Source of the DNA: Octopus vulgaris
Taxonomy: Eukaryota
Length of the DNA stretch: 64,000 nucleotides
NCBI GenBank assembly: GCA_951406725.2
Contig: OX597817.1
Coordinates: forward strand, 136,276,001-136,340,000
Reading direction: 5' to 3'
The stretch's first letter is position 1. Every line of letters starts with the position of its first letter. Below, in pieces: positions 49,623 to 62,352 of this stretch. The notes under the pieces are model-generated. The model worked only from the letters and a program-made list of their open reading frames with translations. It was not told the origin of the DNA and ran no database searches. The position numbers and the translations under genes are program-made.

Positions 49623-49969
49623 TTAAAAAAAATGGAATAATAATGTAACAGGTGACAACAAAACATCAAGACAGTTAGACAGTACAAAGAAGGATGGGTC
49701 ATTCAGAGCCTTCTATCATCAGTTAAGTTCCAGATCATCCCTGCAGTTTTGGCTGGTTACACTTAAGACTACTCCAACCTGGCCGGCACCAAGAAAATCT
49801 AAGCTAAGAGCACTAGATTCTTTGGAAAAAAGCAAGCAAATGTATACGAAAAGAAGGACGAAAAAATGGAGAAATACAAACAACAAGACAATAACAACAG
49901 GCGTCTGTCAACTAAAGACGAATTAAATTAAGCTGGTGTGTGTGACCTGAAGCCTTATGGCAGGAAGAT

Positions 49970-50047
<78 letters not shown>
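49970..50047. repeat. (GATA)n microsatellite
   Basis: Directly visible. Confidence 0.97.
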
Positions 50048-50048
<1 letters not shown>

Positions 50049-50394
50049 ATATATACATACATGCACACATTTATATCTTCACACGTTTGTGTGCATGTGT
50101 TTATGTCTTCTTGCTCTGACATCATGCATCAGCTATAACCGAGTGTTACCATCATAAAAATGCTGCCCTTCCAATTTAATCATCCGTGTAAAGATGTCTG
50201 GCCGTGTGGAAATGTTATTTTGTATTGAAACAGGTGAGGATTGCTGACAGAAAGGGCATCAAATGATGATGATGAATACAAAAGCTTATTGATAAGCACA
50301 AGGATGTAAATGAATACTTGAATAGTATATTATTGGATAGTGATGATAGTACTGGCAGTGACAAAATAAAATTACTGGACAGAGATGACACTCT

Positions 50395-50925
50395 TTACAT
50401 TTGACGGATATTTATCCTCATCTTGTTTGTTGTTAACACAATATTTCAGCTGATATACCCTCCAGCCTTCATCAGGTATTTTGGGGAAATTTCGATCATG
50501 GGTTGTCATTTCTAAGGTAGCTGGCAGGACCGTTAGCATGCTGGTCGAAATGCGTAGCCGTATTTCGTCTGCCGTTACGTTCTGAGTTCAAATTTTGCCG
50601 AGGTCAACTTTGCCTTTCATCCTTTCGGGGTTGATAAATTAAGTACCAGTTACGCACTGGAGTCAATGTAATCGACTTAAATTTGCTTGTCTGTCCTTGT
50701 TTATCCTATCTTGTGGGTAGTAAAGAAATAGGTATTTTTCGATGTTATTATTATTATTATTATTATCATTATTATTCAGGTCACTGCCTGGAATCGAACT
50801 CGGAATCTTGGGGTTAGTAGCCTGTGCTCTTAACCACTATGCCAAGATGAGGACAAATGTCTGTCAAATGTAAATAATGTAAACAATGTACATAATTCCT
50901 CATCTCTTAAATACAGAACTGTATT
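50395..50925 (-). mobile_element. tRNA-headed, hammerhead-bearing element, copy 2, with an inverted tail and a nested SINE
   Basis: Minus unit 50395-50844 (hammerhead 50435-50480), plus-strand tail duplicate 50843-50925 ending cagaactgtatt; TSD agagatgacactct (50381-50394) / agaaatgacactct (50926-50939). Confidence 0.8.
50520..50729 (+). mobile_element. SINE family A nested in the hammerhead element
   Basis: Matches 21008-21240; aggta duplicated at 50515-50519 and 50730-50734. Confidence 0.85.
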
Positions 50926-51708
50926 AGAAATGACACTCTCCTATCTCCTTCCTCATTTTCCCTCCATACACACCCTCTTACCGCCATCACTATTCCTCCT
51001 TTAAATCAAACTATTAAAGAATATAGTAGTGGTTCTTTCTATATTTGGTATCCATGTATTTATCGAGCATAAAACTCAACTGAAACTAGCACAGTCCAGC
51101 AAACTGACATTTAACCGGTGGCTTTCAATGACATCCACAACTCTTGACAGAACTGAATCCTGCTCTGATGTCTGACTGTTAACCTCTTGGTTATGCTGAC
51201 ATCCCATCTGATGAGCATTTCACTACATAAATGACATCTCTTATGTAATAGTCAGCAACAGGATTTTTGTTTCTGTAAACAAATGATGCCTGGTTGACAG
51301 GAAGCAAATCAAAACATCTTGAGAAGAAGAGGGAGACGAAGGAAAGGAAGACAGGTGTTGGTAGGGGTGACAGTAGAATATGTGGAAAACAGCTACAGTG
51401 GACCGATGCTGCTGTTTGGTGGTGACAACATGGTCAACTAAATCTGACGTTAGTCAAAATAAACATTCCCCTTTGATGCATATATATATGCACAGGCGTC
51501 GCTGTGTGGTAAGAACCTTGCTTCCCAACCACATGGTTCCAGGTTCAGTCCCACTGCATGGTACCTTGGGTAAATGTCTTCTACTATAGCCTTGTGAGTG
51601 GATCTGGTAGACAGAAACTGAAAGAAACTCATCATAGATATATATATAAATTGACAGAATGAGATAAAAAATCCAAGGCTGACACCAGTACCTCCCATAC
51701 TCTCGATA

Positions 51709-51740
<32 letters not shown>

Positions 51741-51931
51741 GGCCTGCCTGACTGGCTTCTGTGGTTGGTGCTATGAAGGGCAATCCAGCTAAAGAAACAT
51801 TGCCGGATCAGATTGGAGCCTGGTGCAGCTGCTGGCACTCCAGACCTCAGTCAAACAATCCAACCCATGCCAGCATGGAAAGCGGACTTTAAACAGTGAT
51901 GATGATGATGATATATATATATATATATATT

Positions 51932-52342
51932 TAGGTGCAGGTGTAGCTGTGTGGTAAGAAACTTGCCTCCCAACCACATGGTTCCGGGTTCAGTCCCACT
52001 GTGTGGTGCCTTGGGTAAGTGTCTTCTACTATGGCTTCGGGCTGAGCAAAGCTTTGTGAGTGGATTAGGTAGATGGAAACTGAAAGAAACCCATCGTATA
52101 TATATATATATATATGTGTGTGTACATATTTGTGCGTCTGTGCTTATCCCTCCACCATCTCATGACAACTGATGTTGGTGTGTTGGATGTTGGATGTGGG
52201 TGTCCCTCTAACTTATCGGTTTGGCAAAAGAGTCAGATAAAATAAGTACTAGGCTTACAAAGAATAAGTGGTTGGGTCAATTTGTTTGGCTAAAGGCAGT
52301 GCTCCAGCATGACCACAATCAAATGACAAGCAAGTAAAAGAA
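51932..52342 (+). mobile_element. SINE family B (CORE-like), full length; further copies or fragments near 17660, 20610, 27735, 38445, 39085, 46465, 51490, 53870, 56455, 60780
   Basis: A box gtagctgtgtgg, B-box-like gggttcagtccc, CORE-like gccttgggtaagtgtctt, internal (TA)/(TG) tract, tail ...gctccagcatgaccacaatcaaatgac...aagtaaaaga. Confidence 0.85.
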
Positions 52343-52739
52343 TATATAGCCACCATCATCATCATTATGTTTAATGTCTGTCTTTCATGCTGGTCTTGGT
52401 TGGAGAGTTTGAGAGGATCCGATTGGTCTGAGGACAGTGGTCATGCTCCAGTGTCATCAAATAAATTATGTCTTAATTATTTATTACTTATGTAACAATC
52501 ATATGATTAATGATCTTTGCGTTTCAGCCATGGAAACAGATGTAGAACAAAGCAAATGAAATTTTGAAAAACCATTGAGATCTTTGTTTCCATTCTTTGA
52601 TGTGTCTGCATGTGTGTGTGTACGTACACGTGTAAGTGTGTGTTGCTCGCTGTCATCATCATCGTCATCATCATCAACATCACTTTAATGTTCATTTCTC
52701 CATGTTTGAATTAGTGAGTGTAAGATATGAACACAGACA

Positions 52740-53100
52740 ATTTGAGAAAACCAGAAAGAAGGAAAACAGAATGCTTCGCTGGATTTGCGATGCCAGTGTA
52801 CATGAACATTGCAGTATTAATGTGTTGAGACAGAAGAAGAACTGAATGAAACAGAAATGAGATGCAGGAAGAGAGAAGGTTGCACTGGTACGAGCATTTG
52901 AAGCAATATGAAGGAAGACAGCTGTGTAAAGAAGTAGCACGCACTTAAGGTATCTGGTACCTGTGGAAGAGGAAAAAAAAAAGGTTGGCACAGCCGTGAA
53001 AGTTGATTGCAAGATCTCAGACAGGATGTAACAAAGTCTGTGCTATGTGGTGATTGGAGAAGCCCTGAATACAAAAGACCCATTCAGCAATACAAGCTGA
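52740..53100 (+). pseudogene. Decayed RTE ORF C-terminal fragment
   Basis: RKKENRMLRWICDASVHEHCSINVLRQK, ttgcactggtac (LHWY), ggtacctgtggaagagga (GTCGRG), parallel to ORF 24336-25013. Confidence 0.75.
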
Positions 53101-53194
53101 ATGGTGAATGGAAGGCCACAAGAATGGTGATAATGATTGAGACTGAGAGCTGTATTTATGTATGCATAAAGTTCTCATTCTCTGTGTATATATA

Positions 53195-53572
53195 CAGTAG
53201 AATCTCATAGTATGAGTGTCCCATAGTACGAGTTATTTGCTGTACAAGCTGAGACACATGCAAATTTTCGTCTTGACGTGTGAGTGGAAATCTGCAGCAC
53301 GAGCACACAAATTGCTCCATCTTTAAGGTAATTCAGTTAATAAAACCAGTTTCTGTTGCATTCTCCTCTTTTTTATAATTGTCATTTTACATGTAACTAC
53401 ACCTTTTCTGTTTTAAAACCCATAAAAAATTGTTTCTGAGTGGTTTTTGTGGGGTGGAATAGATTAATTATATTTCAGTTAATTTCGATGGGGAAAATAG
53501 ATTTGTAAAACAAGTAAATTGTATGACGAGCTCGGTCATAGAATGAATTAAACTCATGCTATGAGGTATCAC

Positions 53573-53574
<2 letters not shown>
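53195..53574. mobile_element. Tigger/pogo-like MITE
   Basis: ta|cagtagaatctcatagtatgagt ... actcatgctatgaggtatcactg|tg; CAGT-initiated imperfect TIR in a TA/TG context. Confidence 0.65.
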
Positions 53575-53604
<30 letters not shown>

Positions 53605-53726
53605 CACACACATACACACATATTCAATTCAAAAAAAAGAGAAAAAGTAAAAGAAAAAGCAAATAAATGTGAGGATGTAGCACAAGCAATGTATCAATGT
53701 GATGCTTGGAGAAAGAAGAGAGTTGT

Positions 53727-53763
53727 TGTTTTATGTTTCAAGCATAGCTTTTCATCGGAAACA
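53727..53763 (-). ncRNA. Minimal hammerhead-like motif related to the 38292 family
   Basis: Reverse complement tgttt-CCGATGA-a-aagc tat gctt-GAAAC-ATA-aaaca; stems I and II both pair. Confidence 0.6.
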
Positions 53764-55198
53764 GGAAACAGAAAGAAGGAAGAAGGAGGAAAAAAATCAC
53801 CAACAGTCCATGTGTGGTTACATTTCTGAAGTGACCGGAAGTAGGAGGAAATATATGTATGCATGTACTTTGGGTGTGTGGTTGAGAAGTTTGCTTCATA
53901 CCACATGGTTCTGGGTTCATTCATACAGTGTGGAAACTTGAACAAGGGTTTTCTATTATAACCTCGGGCTGACCAAAGACCTGTGAGCAGATTTGGAAGA
54001 CAGAAACTGAAGAAACTTATTGTATATGTGTAATTTCCCTTTGTTTAATGGTCATTTTCATAGCATTTTTGTTTGTCTAAATAACTGACGACATGCCGTA
54101 GCAGATTTCCGCCCCGACATCCAAAACTTGGAGTTTTATTATGGCAACCGATTATATTATATTACAGATATATTTATATACATGTATGTAGATATATGCA
54201 TGTGAGAGTGTGTGTGTGTGTGTGTATCTGTGTGTGTATGCATGTATTTGTGTTTGTTTCTTAACATCATGGAATAAATCTAAACAAGCACCACTTCTCC
54301 TCTTTTCCAGTCATTCCTGGAAACATGTCTGGTCATGGGGGAAATATTACCTTGCCTCCATTCATAGGAAATCTGCCCCAACAAATTTCATTTAACCTAT
54401 GTAAACATGGCCAAGTGATCATTAGAACTATGATGATAATGGTGATAAACATATATAAACGAAGTAATTTCAACATAGGTATGTATATATATATATGTAT
54501 GTATATATGTATGTTAAGTGTACACCTGAAAATGTATATTGTTTCCCATGATATTAAGCATCTTTTCCCACAGAGTGCAATGACGGGTGAGAGTGAGTGG
54601 AATGGCTTGCAAATAATTCCTCATTCTATTGTAAAGCATGCTCTTTAACCAGCCACTCTCCCTCCCTCCTCTCACTTTGTTGCCCTAATTGTTTTATTTG
54701 GGAAGTCAATGTTTGTAATGAGCAACCTACTACCACCACCACCACCACCACCACCACCATCACTACACTCAATAACATGCACAATAAAGCATTAATGTCA
54801 TGGCTATTGTTGTTACAATTTTTATTTATTTATTAATCACCATTGTGACATATGTAAGAACAACACATGCATGGACATAAACACACACACACACACACAC
54901 ACGCTACACATTCTCACACATCGACACGTATACTTTCAATGTGTGCATTTTCATATACACATATACACACGATACGTAACTACAGTGTGCACAAATGCAT
55001 GCACATGTATTAAAGAGAATGTTACAGATTGTTAACTTGGATGGCATCTGTTCCTTGCAACTGTTTGAAATAAGATGAAACCAGGTTTCTGTTTGAATGG
55101 GGCTCTACACTTTGTCTAATTAACAGTCAGCTGACTGGCAAATAAACCTTCTCTAATAATAGCAATTTAAGAATTAGCAAACTGACAACTACTATCTG

Positions 55199-55230
<32 letters not shown>

Positions 55231-55503
55231 AGTGTCTCTGTCTTTCTATGTTTCTTTCCTCTCTCTCAAAACTCAGCCTCCCAATAAATCAGACCGCTGA
55301 TCAAGCTCGATAGTTGTCTGTGTGTCAAAAAGATATTTCACATCAATTCTTCAGTTATCACAAAATTAACCATTCTGAAATATTTGAACTGCAAAACTAC
55401 ATTTCAAATGTATCATTTCCCTTCTTCAGTGACGTTCTGAAAGGATCCCAGTTCCCGGGGAGAGTAAAAATCGAAAATCGATTTTAGCGAAAACGGACGC
55501 TAA

Positions 55504-55538
<35 letters not shown>

Positions 55539-56166
55539 GTGAAGGTCCAGTTCATTGTTCAGCACATGACACTTTTTACTTAAATATCACTCAAAGGTTG
55601 GAATCATCTTTTAGCTACCCTGGGTCATTTATTGAATACTAAGATCATCTTAATCAATACTGATTTGCAAGAGGTCAGAATTGGTAGAAGAATTTTATTG
55701 ATCTTAGTTTTAGAATGATGCTTATTAATTACAAGATTATGAAAACAAAATCGATCTTGATTTGAACTCAGAACAGCAAAGTTTGCAATTCAATGCAAGA
55801 TAGCAGAGCACTGTACCACTTAAGCCATGGCATCACCAAAACCATCTGATATCAACCCAAGTCTTTTTGAGGAAGGGCAACTGAGTGTAAGGGGAGTGGG
55901 GTCGTTTTATTTCATTTGTTTCCTCTGAAGTGGGGCAGTGTCACAGCCTCACTAAAGCCTCTGACATTGATCTCATTGACATTGTTGGTTTTTCTTAAAC
56001 TGTGAACTGCATTTGCTGTGAAGTACATCTGCAGTAGTTTAGAACATCTGTCACATGAGAAGCATTTACTGCCAACAGCAGTTGATATACGATTGGTGGA
56101 ACACTATGTGGTTGAAGTTCCAAAATCTCGTACAGGTAGCAGGAGTGGTTGCAAAGTAGAAAGATA

Positions 56167-56397
56167 CATTATTTACATTTGACAAATATTTGTCCTCATC
56201 TTGTTTGTTGTTAACATGTTTCGGCTATCTTGGGGAAATTTTGAACCTGGGTTCTCATTCCTATGGTATTTTTCAATGTTATTATTATTATTATTATTAT
56301 TATTCAAGTCACTGCCTGGAATTGAACTCGGAATCTTGGGGTTAGTAGCCCATGCTCTTAATTACTACGCGATATGCCCGTGGGTATATGGCGTAGT
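56167..56397 (-). mobile_element. tRNA-headed element, copy 3 (5' half of the hammerhead deleted; head duplicated as a palindrome)
   Basis: Same tail, body, (ATT)n and head as copies 1 and 2; gtttcggct|atcttgggg junction; actacgcgatatgccc-gt-gggtatatggcgtagt. Confidence 0.8.
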
Positions 56398-57779
56398 CAT
56401 TCAAAGGGAGCCATCAGAAGAAGCTTTCTCTCTTAAATTGTCATCTTTTATCCTTTACTTGTTTGATCATTAGACTGTGGCCATGCTTTGGCACCAGCTT
56501 GAAGAATTTTAGTCGAGTGAATTGATCCCAATACTTACTAATTTTCTTTTGTAAAACCTGGTACTTATTTTAGGGGTTGTCTTTGAGAAACTGCTAAGTT
56601 ATGGGGACGTAAACACACCAATACCAGTTGTAAAGCAGTGGTGGGAGACAAACACAGACACGAAGACACATACACACACACATTCGTGCATGCACACACA
56701 GACACACACACTCACAATAGGTTTCTTTCAGTTTCCACCTACCAAATCTACTGATTAGGCCTTGGTTAGCCTGAGGCTATGGAAGAAGGTGCCTGCCCAA
56801 GGCGCTGTGCAGAGAAACTGAACTTGGAACCATGTGGTTGGGAAGCAAACTGCTGACTACACAGGCATGTCCTGTGCCTATGTTGTTGATAAATAATGTA
56901 TATTGGTTGACTGAGACTGTTGACATCTCTCACCTGTAGTAACTTCTATAAATTATCACATAAAAACAGCGAGAAGTCTCACAAGAGTCAAATGAATGCT
57001 TACCTGTTATTGTCAGCAATGTAGTACTGACATATCATCAAAATATATCTATGACTATAAGTATAGAAGTATCTATGTGTCTGGTATGTATGTCCCTGCA
57101 TGTATATATGGGTTTTGTCATCATTTTAATCTGGTAGGAAAGCGCTAGCCAAAACTCTTTACTTGAGAAGGAGGGGCTGAGAAAGGTACCCCTGAAATAG
57201 AAACTTGACCTGAATGTCTGTAATAGATGAGAATCTGCTAAAGGCACCTGAAGATGAGGTCGTCATCATCATCATCATCATTTAATGTCTGTTGTCCATG
57301 CTGGCATGGGTTGAACAGTTTGACTGAGCTGACACACTGAAAGGCTGCACCAGACTCCAGTCTGATTTAGCATGGTTTCCTCTAGCTGGATGCCCTTCTT
57401 AACGCCAGCCACTCTGTGAGTGTAATGGGTGCTTTTACGTGCCATTTGCATGACACTGGGGTGCATTTATGTGCCACCAGCATGGGTGCCAAGGTAGTTG
57501 TGTTAAACTGAGTGGTGGATTAAGTCGACAACTTAGGCAAAACAAGATGAGATTTGAACTCAGAATCAAAGATCCAAGCCAAATATTGCATGGCATAAGT
57601 TCGAATGTTCTTGTTGTTCTTCTAATCCACTGTCCTTGATTGGTACTTTTTAATCAATTTCAGAAGAATTAAAGACAAAGTTGATCTTGGTGTAATTTGA
57701 ACTCAATATGCAGAGAATTCGAATAAATACTGCAAAACAATTTTCCACAGGTGTAATCAGCTCATTTAAAAAGTATCTT

Positions 57780-58352
57780 TAAATTATTGGGCGACATTCC
57801 ATGCTTCAAGAGACCTATTGAATCAAGTAAAACCAAAATCAAATCATAATCAAATAGAAATTGAAGTTGTGGCCAATGCCAGTGCTGCCTGAGTGGCCCT
57901 TGTGCCGGTGGCACATAAAAAGCACCATCTGAATGTGGCTGAAGCCAGTGCCATCTGACTGGCTCTTGTGCTGGTGGCACGTAAAAAGCACCATTCAAGC
58001 ATAGTCGATGCCAGTACTGCCTGACTGGCCCTTGTACTGGTGGCATGTAAAAAGCACCATCTGAACGTGGCCAATTCCAGTGCCACCTGACTGGCTCCTG
58101 CACTGGTGGCACATAAATAGCACCATTCAAGCCTGATCGATGCCAGTACCGCCTGACTGGCTCTTTTACCAGTGGCATGTAAAAAGCACCCACTACACTC
58201 TCGGAGTGGTTGGCATTTGGAAGGGCATCCAGCTGTAGAAACACTGCCAGATCAGATTGGAGCCTAGTATAGCCTCCTGGCTTGCCAGTCCCCAGTCAAA
58301 CCATCCAACCCATGCTAGCATGGAAAAACGGACATTAAATGATGATGATGAT
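57780..58352 (+). mobile_element. RTE 3' UTR with 5 tandem units and tail
   Basis: gccagt..actggc..gtgccggtggcac..aaaagcacc units; ggaagggcatccagctgtagaaa; (gat)n. Confidence 0.85.
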
Positions 58353-58703
58353 GTACATAGGTACTCCACTATACTGAGTCTCTCTCTTTCTCTGTGTGTG
58401 TGTGTGCACGCACGTGTACATGTAGGTACAGTATAATGGAATGGTTAAGAAGTTTGTTTCACAACCATAAAGAGGCACATTCAATCTTACTGCACTTAAC
58501 CTTGGGCTAATATCAATTTCTATTGTGTCACGTTGGCCCGTACCTTGTCAATGAAATTGAGTAGATAGAAACTGCATTAAGGATACACATGTCTGTGGAA
58601 TATTCAACCACTCGTATTTGAATTCGATGACCAGGGGATTTAGTTGATCAAACAGCTGAATCCTCTTTGTTGAATGATGGAGATCCATCACCACACACAC
58701 ACG

Positions 58704-58746
<43 letters not shown>

Positions 58747-60069
58747 ATCTTGTAAAATATACAGAGAGCAAAAAAAAAGTATTGATTTGAAATATTAATT
58801 TGAATAAAATCCTCTTTATAGCTAAAATAGGGTGCACATAATGTACACATGCATATATATACATATGTATGCACATGAATAATATACAAATGTGTATACA
58901 CACACAAATAAACATTTAAGCAGCTGGTCTCAGGAACATCATTACCATTATAATATATCATATATACGATAATATTTCATATTATTGGGTTTTCACTGAT
59001 AAAATTTATGATTTTGTACTGAAATAAACCTCTAGTATATAATGTTGGCCAGTTGATTGTGACAGTTGATACAAACATTAATGTAATGCCTGGCTTCATT
59101 TTCTGGAACAAAGAGCTATACCTATAGATGTCCTGGGAACAGTAAGAAATGTAATAGCCAAAAATATAACAAAACAGAGTCCCAAATTCCAGTCTTCAGT
59201 TTAAATTGGCCACATTTGGCCAAACATGAATTAATCTACCACTGTAACCTACCCCTCAGCATTTCTTGGTTTTTTTTTAAAGATCCTTCTCATGTCATAC
59301 AGACTCGTAGAGTTGGTTTCTTGGTTTCTGTGGTGCATTCATCCATCCCACATAGGGATGGGACACCAGCCCATTGCAAAATACTCCTTTTTGCCAGCTG
59401 AGTAAACTAGAGCTACATAAAAGGAAGTGTTTTGCTCAAGAACATAATGTGTCGCCCAGTCCATGAAATGAAACCATGGTTTCACGATCATGAGTCCAAC
59501 ACCCTAACCACTAAACCATGTGCCTCCAGCATGTTTTTGGTTACTTTATTTCTCAAGTCTCAAGAATCTTTGTGTCCTTTTCATTCTCTGCTACTTTTAA
59601 GGTAATCCTTGTAAGGCATTCATACATCTGATTCTTCTGCTCATAGTAGCACATCTGTAGATCTTACGGAGATAATATAATTCATTCAGCCTCCCAAAAT
59701 TAATAAGGTATATTTTTTATGTGCACAGTTTCTCCTACATTTCCACCCAAAATATAGTTCCTTCCACATCTATATGTATCATCATCATAATTATCATCAT
59801 CATTTTGACATTCCTATTTCCATGTCTGCATGGGTCAGATGGATTACTGAGGTAGATTTTCTAATGACTGGAAGCACTTCCTGTCACCAACCCTTACATG
59901 TTTCCAAGAAAGGTAAGATTTCCCAAAGGTCAGATATATTTTTGCAGGATATTGGAAATGGATAACACTGCTTGTATGACAGTGACCCTCATTTACAGCC
60001 ACCACATGGTGTCAAGAACAGGTGAGACAAACATACTCACACTTAAACATATATATATATGCAGGACAT

Positions 60070-60746
60070 AAGAAGCATCAGATGTGGTGTGCAAGAGAGA
60101 TGACTGCACTGGTATGATCATGTGTTGCATATAGATGAGGACAGCAGAGGACACCCCAACAGTGGAGGGAACCTGTGGAAGAGGTAGACCCAGGAAGACC
60201 TGGGATGAGGTGGTGAAGCATAACCTTCGAACATTGGGCCTTACAGAGGCAATGACAAGCAACCAAGACCTTTTGGAGATATGCTGTGCTTGGGAAGACC
60301 TGGAAAGCCAAATGAGATCATGGTTGTGGCCCATGCCAGTATCACATAACTGGCACATTTAAGAGTACCCTTCAATTATTGAGAAGACATGTTGAGTTAA
60401 GTGAAATTGTTGTCATGGCTGATGCCAATACTACCTGACTGGCACCTGCACCAGTGGCACATAAAAAGCACCATTCAAGCATGGTTGATGCCAGTGCTGA
60501 CTGACTGGCTCCTGTAGTGGTGGCACATAAAAAGCACCATGTGAGCATGATCCATGCCAGTGCCGACTGACTGGCTCCCTTGCTGGTGACATGTAAAAAG
60601 CACCATTCGAGCATGGTCAATGCCAGTGCTGCCTGACTGGCCCCCGTGCTGATGGCACCTAAAAAGCACCCACTACACTCTTGGAGTGGTTGGCGTTAGG
60701 AAGGACATCCAGCTGTAGAAATCTTGCCAGATCAGATTGGAGTCTG
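60070..60746 (+). mobile_element. RTE 3' fragment: ORF C-terminus plus 4 UTR units
   Basis: VEGTCGRGRPRKTWDEVVKHNLRTLGLTEAMT in ORF 60135-60362, then units and a shortened terminus. Confidence 0.9.
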
Positions 60747-60928
60747 GTGCAGCCTAATGATGATGAAATTCTTTTCTGACAGGCTTCTTTCAGTTTCCAG
60801 TCACCAAATCACTCACGAGATTTTTATTGGCTTGCAACCATAACAGAAGACACTTGCCCAAGGTGTTAAGCACTAGGACTGAACCTGGAACCATGTTGCT
60901 GGTAGACATTCTTCTTAACCTGTGCCTA

Positions 60929-60963
<35 letters not shown>

Positions 60964-61975
60964 ATGTGTGTGTGAAGAGGCACAGTGTTTATAAAGTCAC
61001 ACCACTGATTAATAAGCTATGGCCATCAATTTAAAGTTGTTAATTTATTTGGTTAACAGTTCATATTTCTTCTACTTAATAGTTGAGAATATCCACCAGT
61101 AAAATTATTTCAGTAAGATAAAAATGTTCTAACTAGCACACTAAGTATGTGTGTGTGTGTGTGTGTGTGCATGCGTGAATGTGTGTATGCTTGAGTGCAA
61201 AAGTGTGTCTGTTGTATATGTATGTATGAATAACAATTCCACTCTCAAAAGTAGATTGTGTGTTATAGACAATAAGTTTTAAAGTATAACCTTTGATAGT
61301 CTGTCAGTTATATTATTACAAAAATTTATATTAAAAAAAAAAGAAGATAAAAAAAATATATTGTTTAAAAGAAAGAAATATATATGTTGAGTGAATACTT
61401 TGAACAAATCTGAAATTTATAGAGTTGGATATTCAATAACTGGTTCATTTAATAGTAGTGGTAGGAGAAAATAATCATATTTGCTTGTGTTATTAAGTTA
61501 AAACTAGTGTTTTAAAGAAAACAGTGTGTGTTTGTGTGTGTGTGTGTCTCTCTCTCTCTCTCTATCTGTGTTTGTGAAGGCCTCCATATGACTGTTTCAT
61601 GCAGTCACCTCTGGGAGATGATTTCTCTGTAATGTTGATTGAAGTTAGCAATAGTTGTTCAAGTTTTAAAGTTTCTTCATACAAAACATGTTCAAGAAAA
61701 CCTAATGAAATAATTATCCATTTTAAGAAATACACAAAAGTTTGAGAGAAGTAATGAGGAAGTAAATTGCAAGAAAAATACAGAAGCATGGGGGAATTAG
61801 AGATAGTCTAAGTTCTTAACATACACACAAAGCAAAAAAAAAAAAAAAAAAGAAACTGACATAAACTATATTGGTATATTGTGACAAGGAATGAGTTCTA
61901 AAATTATGAACATGTCTATCAAATGTGATACAAAGGTTTCCTGACATGAAGTTGAAATGCACAGGGTCTACTTAA

Positions 61976-62195
61976 CCCTTTCGTTATTGTATTTATTTTG
62001 AGATGCTCTTTATTTCTTTCAATTATTTTAAATATAACAAAGAATTTAGTAAAATAACTTTGTTATCATTAAACTAGTGTTAGGAACATAAATTGCGACT
62101 AAGGTTTGGTAGAAGATTTTAATTCAGAACTTATGAAAACAAGACGTTTGTACTCAGAATCAGATCCGGTTTCAGCTGGGGTGGTAACGAAAGGG
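61976..62195. mobile_element. TTAA MITE family 1
   Basis: ttaa|ccctttcgtta...taacgaaaggg|ttaa. Confidence 0.9.
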
Positions 62196-62199
62196 TTAA

Positions 62200-62352
62200 T
62201 ACTTTAGCATTCTGATTACTCAATAATCAAATGTTATGTTTATTTTTGGACTAACATTACAGGGTCAGTGTGAAAGGCCTGATCCGGCCAGTTTCAACAC
62301 AAAACAGGTAGAATATTTAGGGGCAGATATGGCCAGCTTAAATGCTAAAGGG
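62200..62352. mobile_element. TTAA MITE family 2
   Basis: ttaa|tactttagcatt...aatgctaaaggg|ttga. Confidence 0.65.

Noticed and set aside
49690-49800. Minus-strand CTGATGA in a repeat-like segment
   Set aside because: Followed by GAAT rather than GAAA and no convincing stems I or III.
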